A stretch of DNA of 64,000 nt, taken from assembly GCA_036493595.1 (NCBI GenBank), contig DASXPN010000067.1:4-64003 (forward strand), in the 5' to 3' direction. Source of the DNA: Acidimicrobiales bacterium. Its GTDB lineage: Bacteria; Actinomycetota; Acidimicrobiia; Acidimicrobiales; JACDCH01. The position numbers and the translations under genes are program-made. Under the pieces are notes generated by a model. It had not been told where the DNA came from. It made no database searches and saw only the letters and a list, made by a program, of their open reading frames with translations. This document shows, piece after piece, positions 25,972 to 34,660 of this stretch; position 1 is the stretch's first letter; each line of letters begins with the position of its first letter.

Positions 25972-27384
25972 TCAACCGGGCCAGACGATCGACTGGAGCT
26001 CGGAGTACGCGTGCAGCCCGAACGAGCCGCCGTCGCGGCCGACGCCCGAGAGCTTGAACCCACCGAACGGTGCCTCGTGGTTGCGTTGCGCGGTGTTGAT
26101 GCCGACGTTGCCGCTGCGCAGTTGCTTCGCGACGCGCATGGCGCGCGCGGTATCGGCGGAGAACACGTAGTCGTAGAGACCGAAGTCCGTACCGTTGGCG
26201 AGGGCGACGCCTTCGTCCTCGTCGTCGAACGGCACGACGACCACCACGGGACCGAAGATCTCTTCCTGCACGACCCTCATGCCGGCCTTGCAGTCGGCGA
26301 TCAGGGTCGGCGCGACGTAGAAGCCGCTCGCCATGTCCGGACGCTCGCCGCCGGCGACCACCGTGCCACCTTCGTCCGCACCCGATTGCACGTACGACTC
26401 GATGCGATCGCGATGCATCCCGGAGATCACGGGGCCGAGCACGGTGTCCTTCTCCAGCGGGTCGCCAACCTTCAGTGACCCGGCGGCGGCCTGCAATCCC
26501 GACACCAGCTTGTCGTACACGCCCCGTTGGGCGAGCACACGCGTTGGCGCGGTGCAGATCTGACCCGAGTGGAACGCCCACACGCTCGCAATCGTCGCGA
26601 TCGCGCTGCGCACGTCGGCGTCGTCGAACACGACCGCCGCCCCCTTGCCGCCGAGCTCGAGCAGGAGACGCTTCATGTCGTGCCCCGCGACCGCGCCGAT
26701 GCGCTGACCCACCACGGTCGAGCCCGTGAAGCTGATCATGTCGACGTGCTTCGACGAGACGAGTGCTTCACCCACCTCGGCGCCAGAGCCGGTCACAACA
26801 TTGACGACACCGGGAGGGAAACCGGCCGCCTCCAACAACTCGCACACACGGATCACCGCGAGCGGATCCTGCGGCGCCGGTTTCACGACCACTGTGTTGC
26901 CCATCGCCAGCGCGGGACCGATCTTTCCCGCCATGTTCACGATCGGGAAGTTGTACGGCGTGATGCAGGCGACCACACCGACCGGTTGACGAACCGCGAT
27001 GGCGCCCATCAACCCGCCGGAGGCGAGCGCGGTCGACGGCATCTCGCTCGGAGGCAGCGCGATCACCGAGGGCTCGACGGCGCCGCGCGCGTAACGCCGG
27101 AAACGCTCGACGCACGTCGGCACCTGCATCGTCTTCGCGACGCGCATCGTGGCGCCGGTCTCTGCTTGCACGAGCGGGATGAGCTCGTCCATGTGATCGC
27201 GGATGAGGTCGCCGGCTCGGTTCAACAAGTCCGCGCGGTCGGCGGGCGACGTTCGGCTCCACGCGGGCAACGCGGCTGCGGCCGCCGCGGCCGCCGCCTC
27301 GACCTCGTCGACCGATGCTTCCGACGCCTCGCCGACGATCTGCTCAGTGGCGGGGTTCACGATCGGGTAGGCGGCGGCACTCAT
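25972..27384 (-). CDS. NAD(P)-dependent aldehyde dehydrogenase
   Basis: FTGSTVVGQRI, ELGGKGAAVVFDDAD and a catalytic Cys context (HSGQICTAPTR). ATG at 27384. Confidence 0.9.
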   Translation of the reverse strand: MSAAAYPIVNPATEQIVGEASEASVDEVEAAAAAAAAALPAWSRTSPADRADLLNRAGDLIRDHMDELIPLVQAETGATMRVAKTMQVPTCVERFRRYARGAVEPSVIALPPSEMPSTALASGGLMGAIAVRQPVGVVACITPYNFPIVNMAGKIGPALAMGNTVVVKPAPQDPLAVIRVCELLEAAGFPPGVVNVVTGSGAEVGEALVSSKHVDMISFTGSTVVGQRIGAVAGHDMKRLLLELGGKGAAVVFDDADVRSAIATIASVWAFHSGQICTAPTRVLAQRGVYDKLVSGLQAAAGSLKVGDPLEKDTVLGPVISGMHRDRIESYVQSGADEGGTVVAGGERPDMASGFYVAPTLIADCKAGMRVVQEEIFGPVVVVVPFDDEDEGVALANGTDFGLYDYVFSADTARAMRVAKQLRSGNVGINTAQRNHEAPFGGFKLSGVGRDGGSFGLHAYSELQSIVWPG

Positions 27385-27393
27385 CGCGTCGAC

Positions 27394-27411
27394 AGTAGAA
27401 CGTGTTCTAGT
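27394..27411. promoter_or_regulatory. KstR-type operator box 2 (AGTAGAAC-GT-GTTCTAGT)
   Basis: 7/8+2+8 palindrome. On the ALDH strand a TACTGT hexamer overlaps the box and lies 7 nt upstream of the ATG. Confidence 0.7.
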
Positions 27412-27455
27412 GGCGCGGCCAGCAAGGGCGGCCGGCACGATCGCCGGCGCGAGGA

Positions 27456-27473
27456 ACTAGAACAGGTTCTAGT
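27456..27473. promoter_or_regulatory. KstR-type operator box 3 (ACTAGAAC-AG-GTTCTAGT)
   Basis: Perfect 8+2+8 palindrome. A TAGTCT hexamer (27470-27475) lies 7 nt upstream of the ATG at 27483. Confidence 0.7.
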
Positions 27474-27482
27474 CTGGCGACC

Positions 27483-28718
27483 ATGGGAGCAACGCTGTCC
27501 GGGATCCCCCGCATCATCTCCGTCGACGATCACGTGGTCGAACCTCCTGACCTGTGGACGTCGCGCATCACCGGCAAGTTCGCCGACCGCGCGCCGAAGG
27601 TCGTGCGCGACACCGCGAGGTTCTCGTTCAAGGGTGGCGTCTTCTCCTTCGAGAAGGGCGTCGAGGGCGGCGACTGGTGCGACTGGTGGCTGTACGACGA
27701 CCTCGTGTACCCGTTCCCGAAGTTGTCGGCCGCGGTCGGCTTCGACGAGCTCGACGTCACGCCCGTGACGTTCGACGAGATCCGTCCCGGTTGCTGGAAG
27801 CAGAAGGACCGCCTCGCGGACATGGACGCCAACCACGTCGAAGCGTCGATCTGCTTCCCGAACACACTCCCCCGGTTCTGCGGCCAGACCTTCTACGAGC
27901 AAGTCAGGAAGGGCGGCGACGCGGACCTCGCGCTGCTGTGCGTGCAGGCCTACAACGACTGGATGATCGACGAGTGGTGCGCGGGCGATGCGAAAGGGCG
28001 CCTCATCCCGCTGACGATGGTGCCGTTGTGGGACGCGCAGATGTGCGCCGATGAAGTACGGCGGTGCGCGGACAAGGGCAGCTTCGCGGTTGCGTTCTCG
28101 GAGAACCCGCACCCGCTCGGGCTGCCGTCGGTGCACGACAAGGACAAGTTCTGGGATCCGTTCTTCCACGCGTGCCAGGACACCGACACGATCGTCTGCA
28201 TGCACATCGGTTCGTCGTCGCGAATGCCGGCCACGTCACCCGACGCGCCGTTCATCGTGAGCTCGACGCTGACGTTCTCCAACGCCATGGGCTCGATGCT
28301 CGACTACATCTTCTCGGGCACGCTCGAACGCTTCCCGCGAATGAAGCTCGCGTACTCCGAAGGGCAGGTCGGTTGGATGCCATACGTGCTCGAGCGGGCC
28401 GACAAGCTCTGGGCCGAGCGGTCCGACAACAGCTTCGGCACGTCGCTGCCGAGGCGCCCGTCCGAGTACCTGCCCGGTCGTGTCTACGGGTGCATCTTCG
28501 ACGACGAGATCGGCCTGCGGAACCGTGACGTCGTCGGCATGGATCAGATCTGCTTCGAGACGGACTACCCACACGCAGACTCGACGTTCCCGCGCAGCAA
28601 GGAAGTCGCAGAGGAGATCTGCGCCAAGGCCGGGCTCGACGATGACGAGGTCTACAAGTTCATCCGCGGCAACGCGATCACCGCGTTCGGTCTGGAGCGC
28701 CACGGAATCACGAAGTGA
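27483..28718 (+). CDS. Amidohydrolase-2 family (ACMSD/LigW-like) metal-dependent hydrolase or decarboxylase
   Basis: IISVDDHVVEPPDLW, CFPNTLPRFCGQTF, AYNDWMIDEW, VCMHIGSSS, FETDYPHADSTFP. Confidence 0.8.
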   Translation: MGATLSGIPRIISVDDHVVEPPDLWTSRITGKFADRAPKVVRDTARFSFKGGVFSFEKGVEGGDWCDWWLYDDLVYPFPKLSAAVGFDELDVTPVTFDEIRPGCWKQKDRLADMDANHVEASICFPNTLPRFCGQTFYEQVRKGGDADLALLCVQAYNDWMIDEWCAGDAKGRLIPLTMVPLWDAQMCADEVRRCADKGSFAVAFSENPHPLGLPSVHDKDKFWDPFFHACQDTDTIVCMHIGSSSRMPATSPDAPFIVSSTLTFSNAMGSMLDYIFSGTLERFPRMKLAYSEGQVGWMPYVLERADKLWAERSDNSFGTSLPRRPSEYLPGRVYGCIFDDEIGLRNRDVVGMDQICFETDYPHADSTFPRSKEVAEEICAKAGLDDDEVYKFIRGNAITAFGLERHGITK

Positions 28719-29512
28719 GCGGTCGCGGGGCAGACCTGGACGCCGAGACAGACCTGGGCGGCGAGGTCCGCCTCGGGTCGATGCTCTTCACGATGGTCGA
28801 GCCCCACCGTGGTCACGAAGTCGCCTACAACCGTTGGTACGAACGCGACCACTTCTACGCGGGTTGCATGGTCGGACCATGGTTGTTCGCCGGCCGGAGA
28901 TGGGTCGCCACCCGCGCCCTGAAGGAGTTGCGCTTCGGGTCCTCCCCCGAGGTGTTCGGTGGGCGCGACCTCGGCTCGTACCTCGCCGTCTACTGGATCC
29001 TCGACGGCCGCCACGACGACCACGTGGACTGGGCGCTACGGCAGGTCAACTGGCTCCATGCGCACGGTCGGATGTTCGCGGAACGCGACCACATCCACAC
29101 GCTGATGTACCGGCACGCGTGGACGGCGCAGGCCGGTGACGGCATCCCCGCCGAGCTGGCGCTCGACCATCCCTTCGGCGGCCTGACCGCGACGCTCGTG
29201 GAGCTGCACGACGGTGTCGACGCCGACGCACTCGGCGCGTGGGTGAGCTCGACGTGCTTGCCCGAGCTGGAGCTCGGCTTCACTCCGATTCCGCTGCCCA
29301 AAGGCGCGCCAGTCACGCAAGCCGGACTCGAGCGGCTCGACCGGCGGGTGTTGAACCTGTCGTTCACCACCGACTCGCCGGCCGAGTGGTGGGACGAGCA
29401 ACACGAGGCCGCGGCTGCGCTCGAGCGCGACGGCATCGGGCGCATGGTGTGGACGGCGCCGTTCATCCCGACGAATCCGGGCACCGACACGTACACCGAT
29501 CAGCTCTGGTAG
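28715..29512 (+). CDS. Hypothetical protein, translationally coupled to the amidohydrolase-2 gene
   Basis: GTG at 28715 overlaps the upstream stop (GTGA). An alternative ATG at 28781 gives MLFTMVEPHRGHEVAYNRWYERDHFYAG. No domain recognised. Confidence 0.5.
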   Translation: MSGRGADLDAETDLGGEVRLGSMLFTMVEPHRGHEVAYNRWYERDHFYAGCMVGPWLFAGRRWVATRALKELRFGSSPEVFGGRDLGSYLAVYWILDGRHDDHVDWALRQVNWLHAHGRMFAERDHIHTLMYRHAWTAQAGDGIPAELALDHPFGGLTATLVELHDGVDADALGAWVSSTCLPELELGFTPIPLPKGAPVTQAGLERLDRRVLNLSFTTDSPAEWWDEQHEAAAALERDGIGRMVWTAPFIPTNPGTDTYTDQLW

Positions 29513-29522
29513 ACGGTCGGGC

Positions 29523-30914
29523 GTGATCCGCCTGCCGGACCCGTGCCTCGTGGTGCTGGTCGGCGCGTCGTCCGCGGGCAAGTCGACGTGGGCGGCCCGG
29601 TGGTTCGAGTCCGACGCCATCGTCTCGTCGGACCGATTGCGCGCCGTGGTGGGACGCGGTGAGCACGACCAGCGCGCCAGCAAGGACGCCTTCGAGGTGC
29701 TCGACCTCATCGTGGACAAGCGGCTGCGGCGCGGGCTCACGACGGTGATCGACTCCACCGCGCTCGAACCGGAGCGGCGGGCGTCGTATCTCGCGGCCGC
29801 GGCTCGTCGCGGCGTGCCCGCGTTCGCGGTGCTGTTCGAGGCGGACGAGCAGTTGTGCCGTGCTCGCAATCGCACGCGCACTGTGCCGGTGCCGCCCAGG
29901 GTGTTGGCCTCGCAGGTGCGCGCCGGCGCCGCACTCGCGGCGACCATCGGCGACGAGGGCTTCACGTCGGTGTACTCGCCCGACGACGTGACGCTCGTGC
30001 CGCCACCGTTCCTCACCGCGTTGGAATCCGCTCGCCGGCAGAAGGAGCACGCCGTGTCACTGGAGTTCGGCTTGCAGATCTCGCGCTTCACGTGGCCGGG
30101 CGGCGCCGACGAGATCGGCGCCCGTCTGGCCGCCATCGCTCCGGCCGCAGAGGAGGCCGGCTTCACGAGCATCTGGGTGATGGACCATTTCCTTCAGATC
30201 CCAGGCGTCGGCCGCGAGTGGGAAGAGATGCTCGACAGCTATACGACTCTTGGCTACCTGGCCGCGGTCACATCGCGGGCCCGGCTGGGCGTGCTCGTCA
30301 CCGGGATCACGTATCGCAACCTCGCCCATCTCGGGAAGATCGTCGCGACGCTCGACGTGCTCTCCGGCGGCCGCGCGATGTGCGGGCTCGGCGCCGCGTG
30401 GTTCGGTCGCGAGCATCACCTGTACGGATGGGAGTTCCCGCCCGTGCGCCGTCGCTACGAGCTGCTCGAGGACGCGCTCGAGTTGCTGCCGCTCATGTGG
30501 GGACCTGGTTCGCCGGCGTTCCACGGCCGCATCATCGACGTGCCCGAGGCCATCTGTTACCCCCGGCCATTGCAGGAACGCGTCCCGATCCTGATCGGGG
30601 GATCGGGTGAGCGAACGACGTTGCGCCTCGTCGCGCAGTACGCCGACGCGTGCAATCTGTTCGGCGAGCCCGATGTCGTCCGCCGCAAGATCGGGGTGCT
30701 GCAGCGGCACTGCGCGGACGTCGATCGCGATCCGAAGGAGATCACGGTGACGCAGTTGTCGTCGGTCGGCTACGGCTCGACCGACGAGCTCATCGGCCGG
30801 TATCGAGAACTGGCTGACGCCGGCGTGCAGCACGCCATCGTCTCGCTGTCCGACCTCGGCGACGTCGCCCCCATCGAACGCTTCGCCGACGTGATCGCCG
30901 CCTTCACGGCCTGA
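29523..30914 (+). CDS. P-loop kinase-like domain fused to an LLM-class F420-dependent oxidoreductase (Rv1855c-type)
   Basis: The N-terminal ~170 aa carry the Walker A VVLVGASSAGKSTWA and an AAA_33/polynucleotide-kinase-like layout. The C-terminal ~290 aa read EFGLQISRF..FTSIWVMDHFLQIPG..LGVLVTGITYRNLAHLGKIVATLDVLSGGRAMCGLGAAW. Confidence 0.75.
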   Translation: MIRLPDPCLVVLVGASSAGKSTWAARWFESDAIVSSDRLRAVVGRGEHDQRASKDAFEVLDLIVDKRLRRGLTTVIDSTALEPERRASYLAAAARRGVPAFAVLFEADEQLCRARNRTRTVPVPPRVLASQVRAGAALAATIGDEGFTSVYSPDDVTLVPPPFLTALESARRQKEHAVSLEFGLQISRFTWPGGADEIGARLAAIAPAAEEAGFTSIWVMDHFLQIPGVGREWEEMLDSYTTLGYLAAVTSRARLGVLVTGITYRNLAHLGKIVATLDVLSGGRAMCGLGAAWFGREHHLYGWEFPPVRRRYELLEDALELLPLMWGPGSPAFHGRIIDVPEAICYPRPLQERVPILIGGSGERTTLRLVAQYADACNLFGEPDVVRRKIGVLQRHCADVDRDPKEITVTQLSSVGYGSTDELIGRYRELADAGVQHAIVSLSDLGDVAPIERFADVIAAFTA

Positions 30915-30934
30915 CCAACGGCTGACCGTTGGTT
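30913..30934 (+). terminator. Stem-loop ACCAACGG-CTGA-CCGTTGGT overlapping the stop codon
   Basis: 8-bp perfect stem read directly, followed 12 nt later by REP copy B. There is no clear U-tract. Confidence 0.35.
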
Positions 30935-30944
30935 CACTGTTGAT

Positions 30945-30995
30945 GAATGTTGGTTCCATTGCGGGGCTATCGCCGCAATGGACCCGGAGTTCAAA
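30945..30995 (+). repeat. REP-like palindromic element, copy B
   Basis: GAATGTTGGTTCCATTGCGGGGCTATCGCCGCAATGGACCCGGAGTTCAAA. Lies between convergent genes and overlaps the stop of the SDR at 30991. Confidence 0.85.
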
Positions 30996-31701
30996 CCGCG
31001 GCGACGCCGCCGTCGGCTTCGAGGGCATGTCCGGTCACGAACGAGGACGCGTCCGTGCACAACCAGACGATCGCTTCGGCCACCTCGGCGGGTTCGCCAA
31101 TGCGGCCGATCGGGGCGCGGCGTCCCATCTTCTCGAGCATGTCCTCGTCCCCGCCGACGAAGCCGCGCAGCATCGGGGTGCGAATCGTCCCTGGGCACAC
31201 CGCGTTGACGCGAATCCCCTCGCGCGCCACCTCGAGCGCTGCGGACTTCGTGAGCCCGATCACACCGTGCTTGCTCGCCGAATAGGCCGAGAGACCCGGC
31301 ACACCCATCTTCCCGGCCGACGATGCGACATTGACAATGGCGCCGCCGTTGCCGAGCGCGCGCATCGCTCGCAACTCGGCGCGCAGGCAGAAGAAGACCG
31401 CATCGAGGTTGATGCTCATCGTCTTTCGCCATGCGTCAGTGGACGCGTCGGCGACGTTCGCGAACACGCCTGAGGTGCCGGCCACATTGGCGGCGATGTC
31501 GAGGCGGCCGTGCTCGTCGACGACGCCTCCGACGAGTGCGTCGACTGCGTGCTCGTCGCAGACGTCGATGGATGGGGCGCCGCCGAGATCGGCCACCACG
31601 ACGTGCGCGCCACGTTGCGAGAGCCGTTCGACCGTGGCGGCGCCGATACCGGAGGCGCCGCCGGTGACCAGTGCGACCTTGCCCTTCAGGTCGTCAGTCA
31701 A
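30991..31701 (-). CDS. SDR oxidoreductase
   Basis: KVALVTGGASGIGAAT, YSASKHGVIGLTKSAALE, IRVNAVCPG. Apparent TTG start at 31701 overlaps the upstream gene by 8 nt. Confidence 0.8.
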   Translation of the reverse strand: MTDDLKGKVALVTGGASGIGAATVERLSQRGAHVVVADLGGAPSIDVCDEHAVDALVGGVVDEHGRLDIAANVAGTSGVFANVADASTDAWRKTMSINLDAVFFCLRAELRAMRALGNGGAIVNVASSAGKMGVPGLSAYSASKHGVIGLTKSAALEVAREGIRVNAVCPGTIRTPMLRGFVGGDEDMLEKMGRRAPIGRIGEPAEVAEAIVWLCTDASSFVTGHALEADGGVAAV

Positions 31702-32032
31702 TGAAGACCTCGGCTTCCTCGGTGAAGATCACGACGATGCTGTCCATGTCGAGGATCCGGCTCTCGTCCGGCTGCATCTTCTCGGCGTAGGCGGGATCTT
31801 GCAGCATGGCGATGAAGTCGCGGTACGAGTCGAACCATTGGATGGCCATGCCGTCGTACGTGTCGCCGTTGCGATAGTCCGCCGGCAGGCGATGGTTCTG
31901 TTCGTAGCGGCGGATGTACTTCCGGTACGCGGGCTCCTCGGCGATCATCCGCCCGTGCGCGCGCCACGCGTCATGGAACTCCTCGATGCCGAGCGACGGG
32001 TTCCGCTTCACGAGCACCGTGAGCTTGATCAT
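31694..32032 (-). CDS. EthD-domain protein
   Basis: MIKLTVLVKRNPSLGIEEFHDAWRAHGRMI..YRKYIRRYEQNH..DGMAIQWFDS is a typical EthD pattern. TGATG junction with the upstream SDR. Confidence 0.7.
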   Translation of the reverse strand: MIKLTVLVKRNPSLGIEEFHDAWRAHGRMIAEEPAYRKYIRRYEQNHRLPADYRNGDTYDGMAIQWFDSYRDFIAMLQDPAYAEKMQPDESRILDMDSIVVIFTEEAEVFID

Positions 32033-32826
32033 CAGAAACCCTGGAACCAGTGGCCCGAGTTGACCCCGAGCGCTTGGCCCGTCACGCACTTCGACAAGTC
32101 GGACGCGAAGAACACCACCGAGCCGGCGATCTCCGACGAGTGCGGCAGGTAGCCGAGCGCGGTCTCGGCTTCGAGGTGCGCCTTCTTCTCGGCGTACGTG
32201 ATGCCTTCCTTCTCGGCGAGGTAGCCGAGGTACCACTCCACCTTGTCGCTCCAGATGTAGCCGGGGTGGATGCCGTTGACCCGTATGCCGTATCGCCCGA
32301 GCTCCTGCGCGAGCGTCTTCGTCGCGGTCGCCAGCGCCGACTTCGATGCCGCATACGCGCCGTAACGCGGCTCGGTGCGGACTGCCGACATCGAGTTGAC
32401 CATCACGATGCGACCGTCGCGCTGCCGCTTCATCACGGGCACGACGGTTTGCGTGAGTTGCAGCGTTCCCCAGAGGTTGACCTCCATCGTCGCGCGCCAC
32501 GAGTCGAAGTCCGCCTTCTCGAAGAGCTTGTGGTCGCCGTCGTGGAACGCGTTGTTGACGAGGATGTCGATCCGGCCGAGCGCGGACACTGCCTCGTCGA
32601 CCGCGTGCTGGCACGACGATGCGTCGGTGATGTCGAGCTGCGTCCCTACCGCCTTGCGGCCGAGCGCGTCGACTTCCTCTGCCACCGTGTCGACGCTGGA
32701 CGACGTGCGCGCGCCGAGGACGACGTCGGCGCCGTGCTCGGCCAGTTGCAGCGCGATGTCACGGCCCATGCCCGGCCCTACGCCGGACACGAGCGCGACC
32801 TTGCCGTCGAGCAAACCCATCATCAC
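32032..32826 (-). CDS. SDR oxidoreductase
   Basis: KVALVSGVGPGMGRD, ILVNNAF, YAASKSALATATKTLAQE. Overlaps the upstream stop. Confidence 0.8.
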   Translation of the reverse strand: MMMGLLDGKVALVSGVGPGMGRDIALQLAEHGADVVLGARTSSSVDTVAEEVDALGRKAVGTQLDITDASSCQHAVDEAVSALGRIDILVNNAFHDGDHKLFEKADFDSWRATMEVNLWGTLQLTQTVVPVMKRQRDGRIVMVNSMSAVRTEPRYGAYAASKSALATATKTLAQELGRYGIRVNGIHPGYIWSDKVEWYLGYLAEKEGITYAEKKAHLEAETALGYLPHSSEIAGSVVFFASDLSKCVTGQALGVNSGHWFQGF

Positions 32827-33752
32827 CCCTTGATCAGCGGCGCCACGTCCGCCGCGAAGGCCCGGATCTGATCACACAACTCGTCGCAGGTGCGGGACCG
32901 GAAGCGCACCTGCACCTGATCGACGCCCATCTCCGCGTAGCCGCGTAGGTAGGCCGCGAGCTTGGACGGCTCGCCGGCCAGGCACCCCTTGCCCGTCTCC
33001 CACGCCGCGTCGCCGACGTAGAGAAACGGTGCGATCGCGCCGACGGTGAACGAACCGCCGCGCCCGGCCGCGGCACGCAGCTCCTCGAGGCGCGCGATGG
33101 CTGCGGGCATGTCCTTCTTGAGCGTGCCCTGCGGCAGCCAACCGTCGCCGCGCTCGGCCGCCCGCCGGATCGCCGCGGGCGACGATCCACCGATCCAGAT
33201 GGGTGGACCACCCGGTTGGATCGGTCGAGGACGTTGCGCGAAATCGCCCGCACCCCACTCATCGGCAAACGCAACCCGGATCTGGTCGATCGCCGCGTCG
33301 GTGGTGTTGCCGCGATCGGCGAACGACAGGCCGAGCAATTCGAACTCCGACTCGACGTGGCCGGCGCCGATGCCGAGGATCGCCCGTCCGCCGCTGAGCG
33401 CGTCGAGGGTCGAGAACGCTTTCGCAGTTTGGAGCGGATGGCGGTACGCGGGCACGAACACGTGACTCAAGAGCCGCACGTTGTCGGTGCGGGCGGCAAG
33501 CCAGCTCAACGTGGCGACGGTGTCGTACCACGTGGTGTTCATCGTCGTTGCGTTGGCGCGCGGGATGGCGACGTGATCGCACACGGCGACGTAGTCGAAC
33601 CCGCTCTCGTCACAGGCGCGACTGACGGCAGCCAACTCGAGCGCGCCGGCGTCGCTCTCCCACTCCTCGACGAAATAGGTGCTCTGCGCCTGCACCGGTA
33701 GCTGCATCCCGTATCGGAGCGGCTCGCGGTTCCTGGTGTTCGTCTCGCTCAC
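32823..33752 (-). CDS. LLM-class F420-dependent oxidoreductase
   Basis: GFDYVAVCDHVAIP, LSHVFVPAYRHPLQTAKAFSTLDALSGGRAILGIGAGH. GTGA overlap with the upstream gene. Confidence 0.8.
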   Translation of the reverse strand: MSETNTRNREPLRYGMQLPVQAQSTYFVEEWESDAGALELAAVSRACDESGFDYVAVCDHVAIPRANATTMNTTWYDTVATLSWLAARTDNVRLLSHVFVPAYRHPLQTAKAFSTLDALSGGRAILGIGAGHVESEFELLGLSFADRGNTTDAAIDQIRVAFADEWGAGDFAQRPRPIQPGGPPIWIGGSSPAAIRRAAERGDGWLPQGTLKKDMPAAIARLEELRAAAGRGGSFTVGAIAPFLYVGDAAWETGKGCLAGEPSKLAAYLRGYAEMGVDQVQVRFRSRTCDELCDQIRAFAADVAPLIKG

Positions 33753-34609
33753 CCGATGAACCTTCGGGCGAACAGGCGCAGTTGGTCCGTGGCCTTGTCG
33801 ATGTCGCGCTCCCTGGTGGACAGGACGAGTCTCGTCGTGCCGTGCTTCTCCACGGTCGCGAGCCGTTCCTCGTCGAGTTGATCGAGCAGCCCGCCGAGCG
33901 TGAGCTCGATGGAGCGGTGGTCACGTCCCTCTCTGTCGGCGGCCTCCCTCATCTGGTCGAGACGAGTCGCGAGCATGTCGTCGTCGAGGCCGAGTGGATG
34001 AAAGCCGTCGCCGATGCGTCCGGCGCGACGGGCGGCCGCCTCGCTGTGTCCGCCGATGTGGATCGGAATGGCTCGGGCCGGCTTCGGGAAGCTGCATGCC
34101 CGTTCGAAATCGAAGAAGCGCCCGTGGAACGTCGCCTCGTCCTCGCGCCACAGCACGCGCATCGCTTCGATGCACTCATCGGTGCGGGCGCCGCGCGTCG
34201 CGGGGTCGACGTCCATCGCCTCGAGCTCTTCGCGGAGCCAGCCCACGCCGACGCCGACCACGAGCCGTTCGTGCGAGAGGCGATCGACGGTCGCCAACCG
34301 CTTCGCCAGCTGCACGGGGTGGTGTTCGGGCAGCACGAGAATGCCCGTGCCCAGCTTGAGCGTCGCCGTCGCGCCGGCGACGAACGCGAGCAGGTCGAGC
34401 GGATCGGGGATGTCGGCGTCGTCGGGCAACGTCATACGACCGGTGTCGCTGTACGGGTAACGGCTCGTGTAGCCGGCCACGACGACGACGTGCTCGGCGG
34501 TGTAGAGCGACTCGAATCCGCTGGACTCCGCGGCGCGGGCGAACGCCGTGATCCATTCGGGGTCGGCCGTCACGCCGGTGCGGTACGGAGGCAGCAGGCC
34601 GAATTGCAC
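33749..34609 (-). CDS. LLM-class F420-dependent oxidoreductase
   Basis: GFESLYTAEHVVV, GTGILVLPEHHPVQLAKRLATVDRLSHERLVVGVGVGW. GTG start at 34609. Confidence 0.8.
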   Translation of the reverse strand: MQFGLLPPYRTGVTADPEWITAFARAAESSGFESLYTAEHVVVVAGYTSRYPYSDTGRMTLPDDADIPDPLDLLAFVAGATATLKLGTGILVLPEHHPVQLAKRLATVDRLSHERLVVGVGVGWLREELEAMDVDPATRGARTDECIEAMRVLWREDEATFHGRFFDFERACSFPKPARAIPIHIGGHSEAAARRAGRIGDGFHPLGLDDDMLATRLDQMREAADREGRDHRSIELTLGGLLDQLDEERLATVEKHGTTRLVLSTRERDIDKATDQLRLFARRFIG

Positions 34610-34660
34610 AGACCGATGGTGGCCTCGCTGGCCGTCTCACCGCCAGCGCAGTAGAACGGC

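Noticed and set aside
28715-29512. Tried to assign the 265-aa protein after the first amidohydrolase-2 gene to a family (EthD-like or DUF).
   Set aside because: I could not recall a defining motif with confidence, so it is left as hypothetical.
34640-34660. AGTAGAAC half-site directly upstream of the thiolase start. It resembles half of a KstR-type box.
   Set aside because: The second half (GGCGTGAT) does not form the palindrome. A single half-site is not enough evidence.
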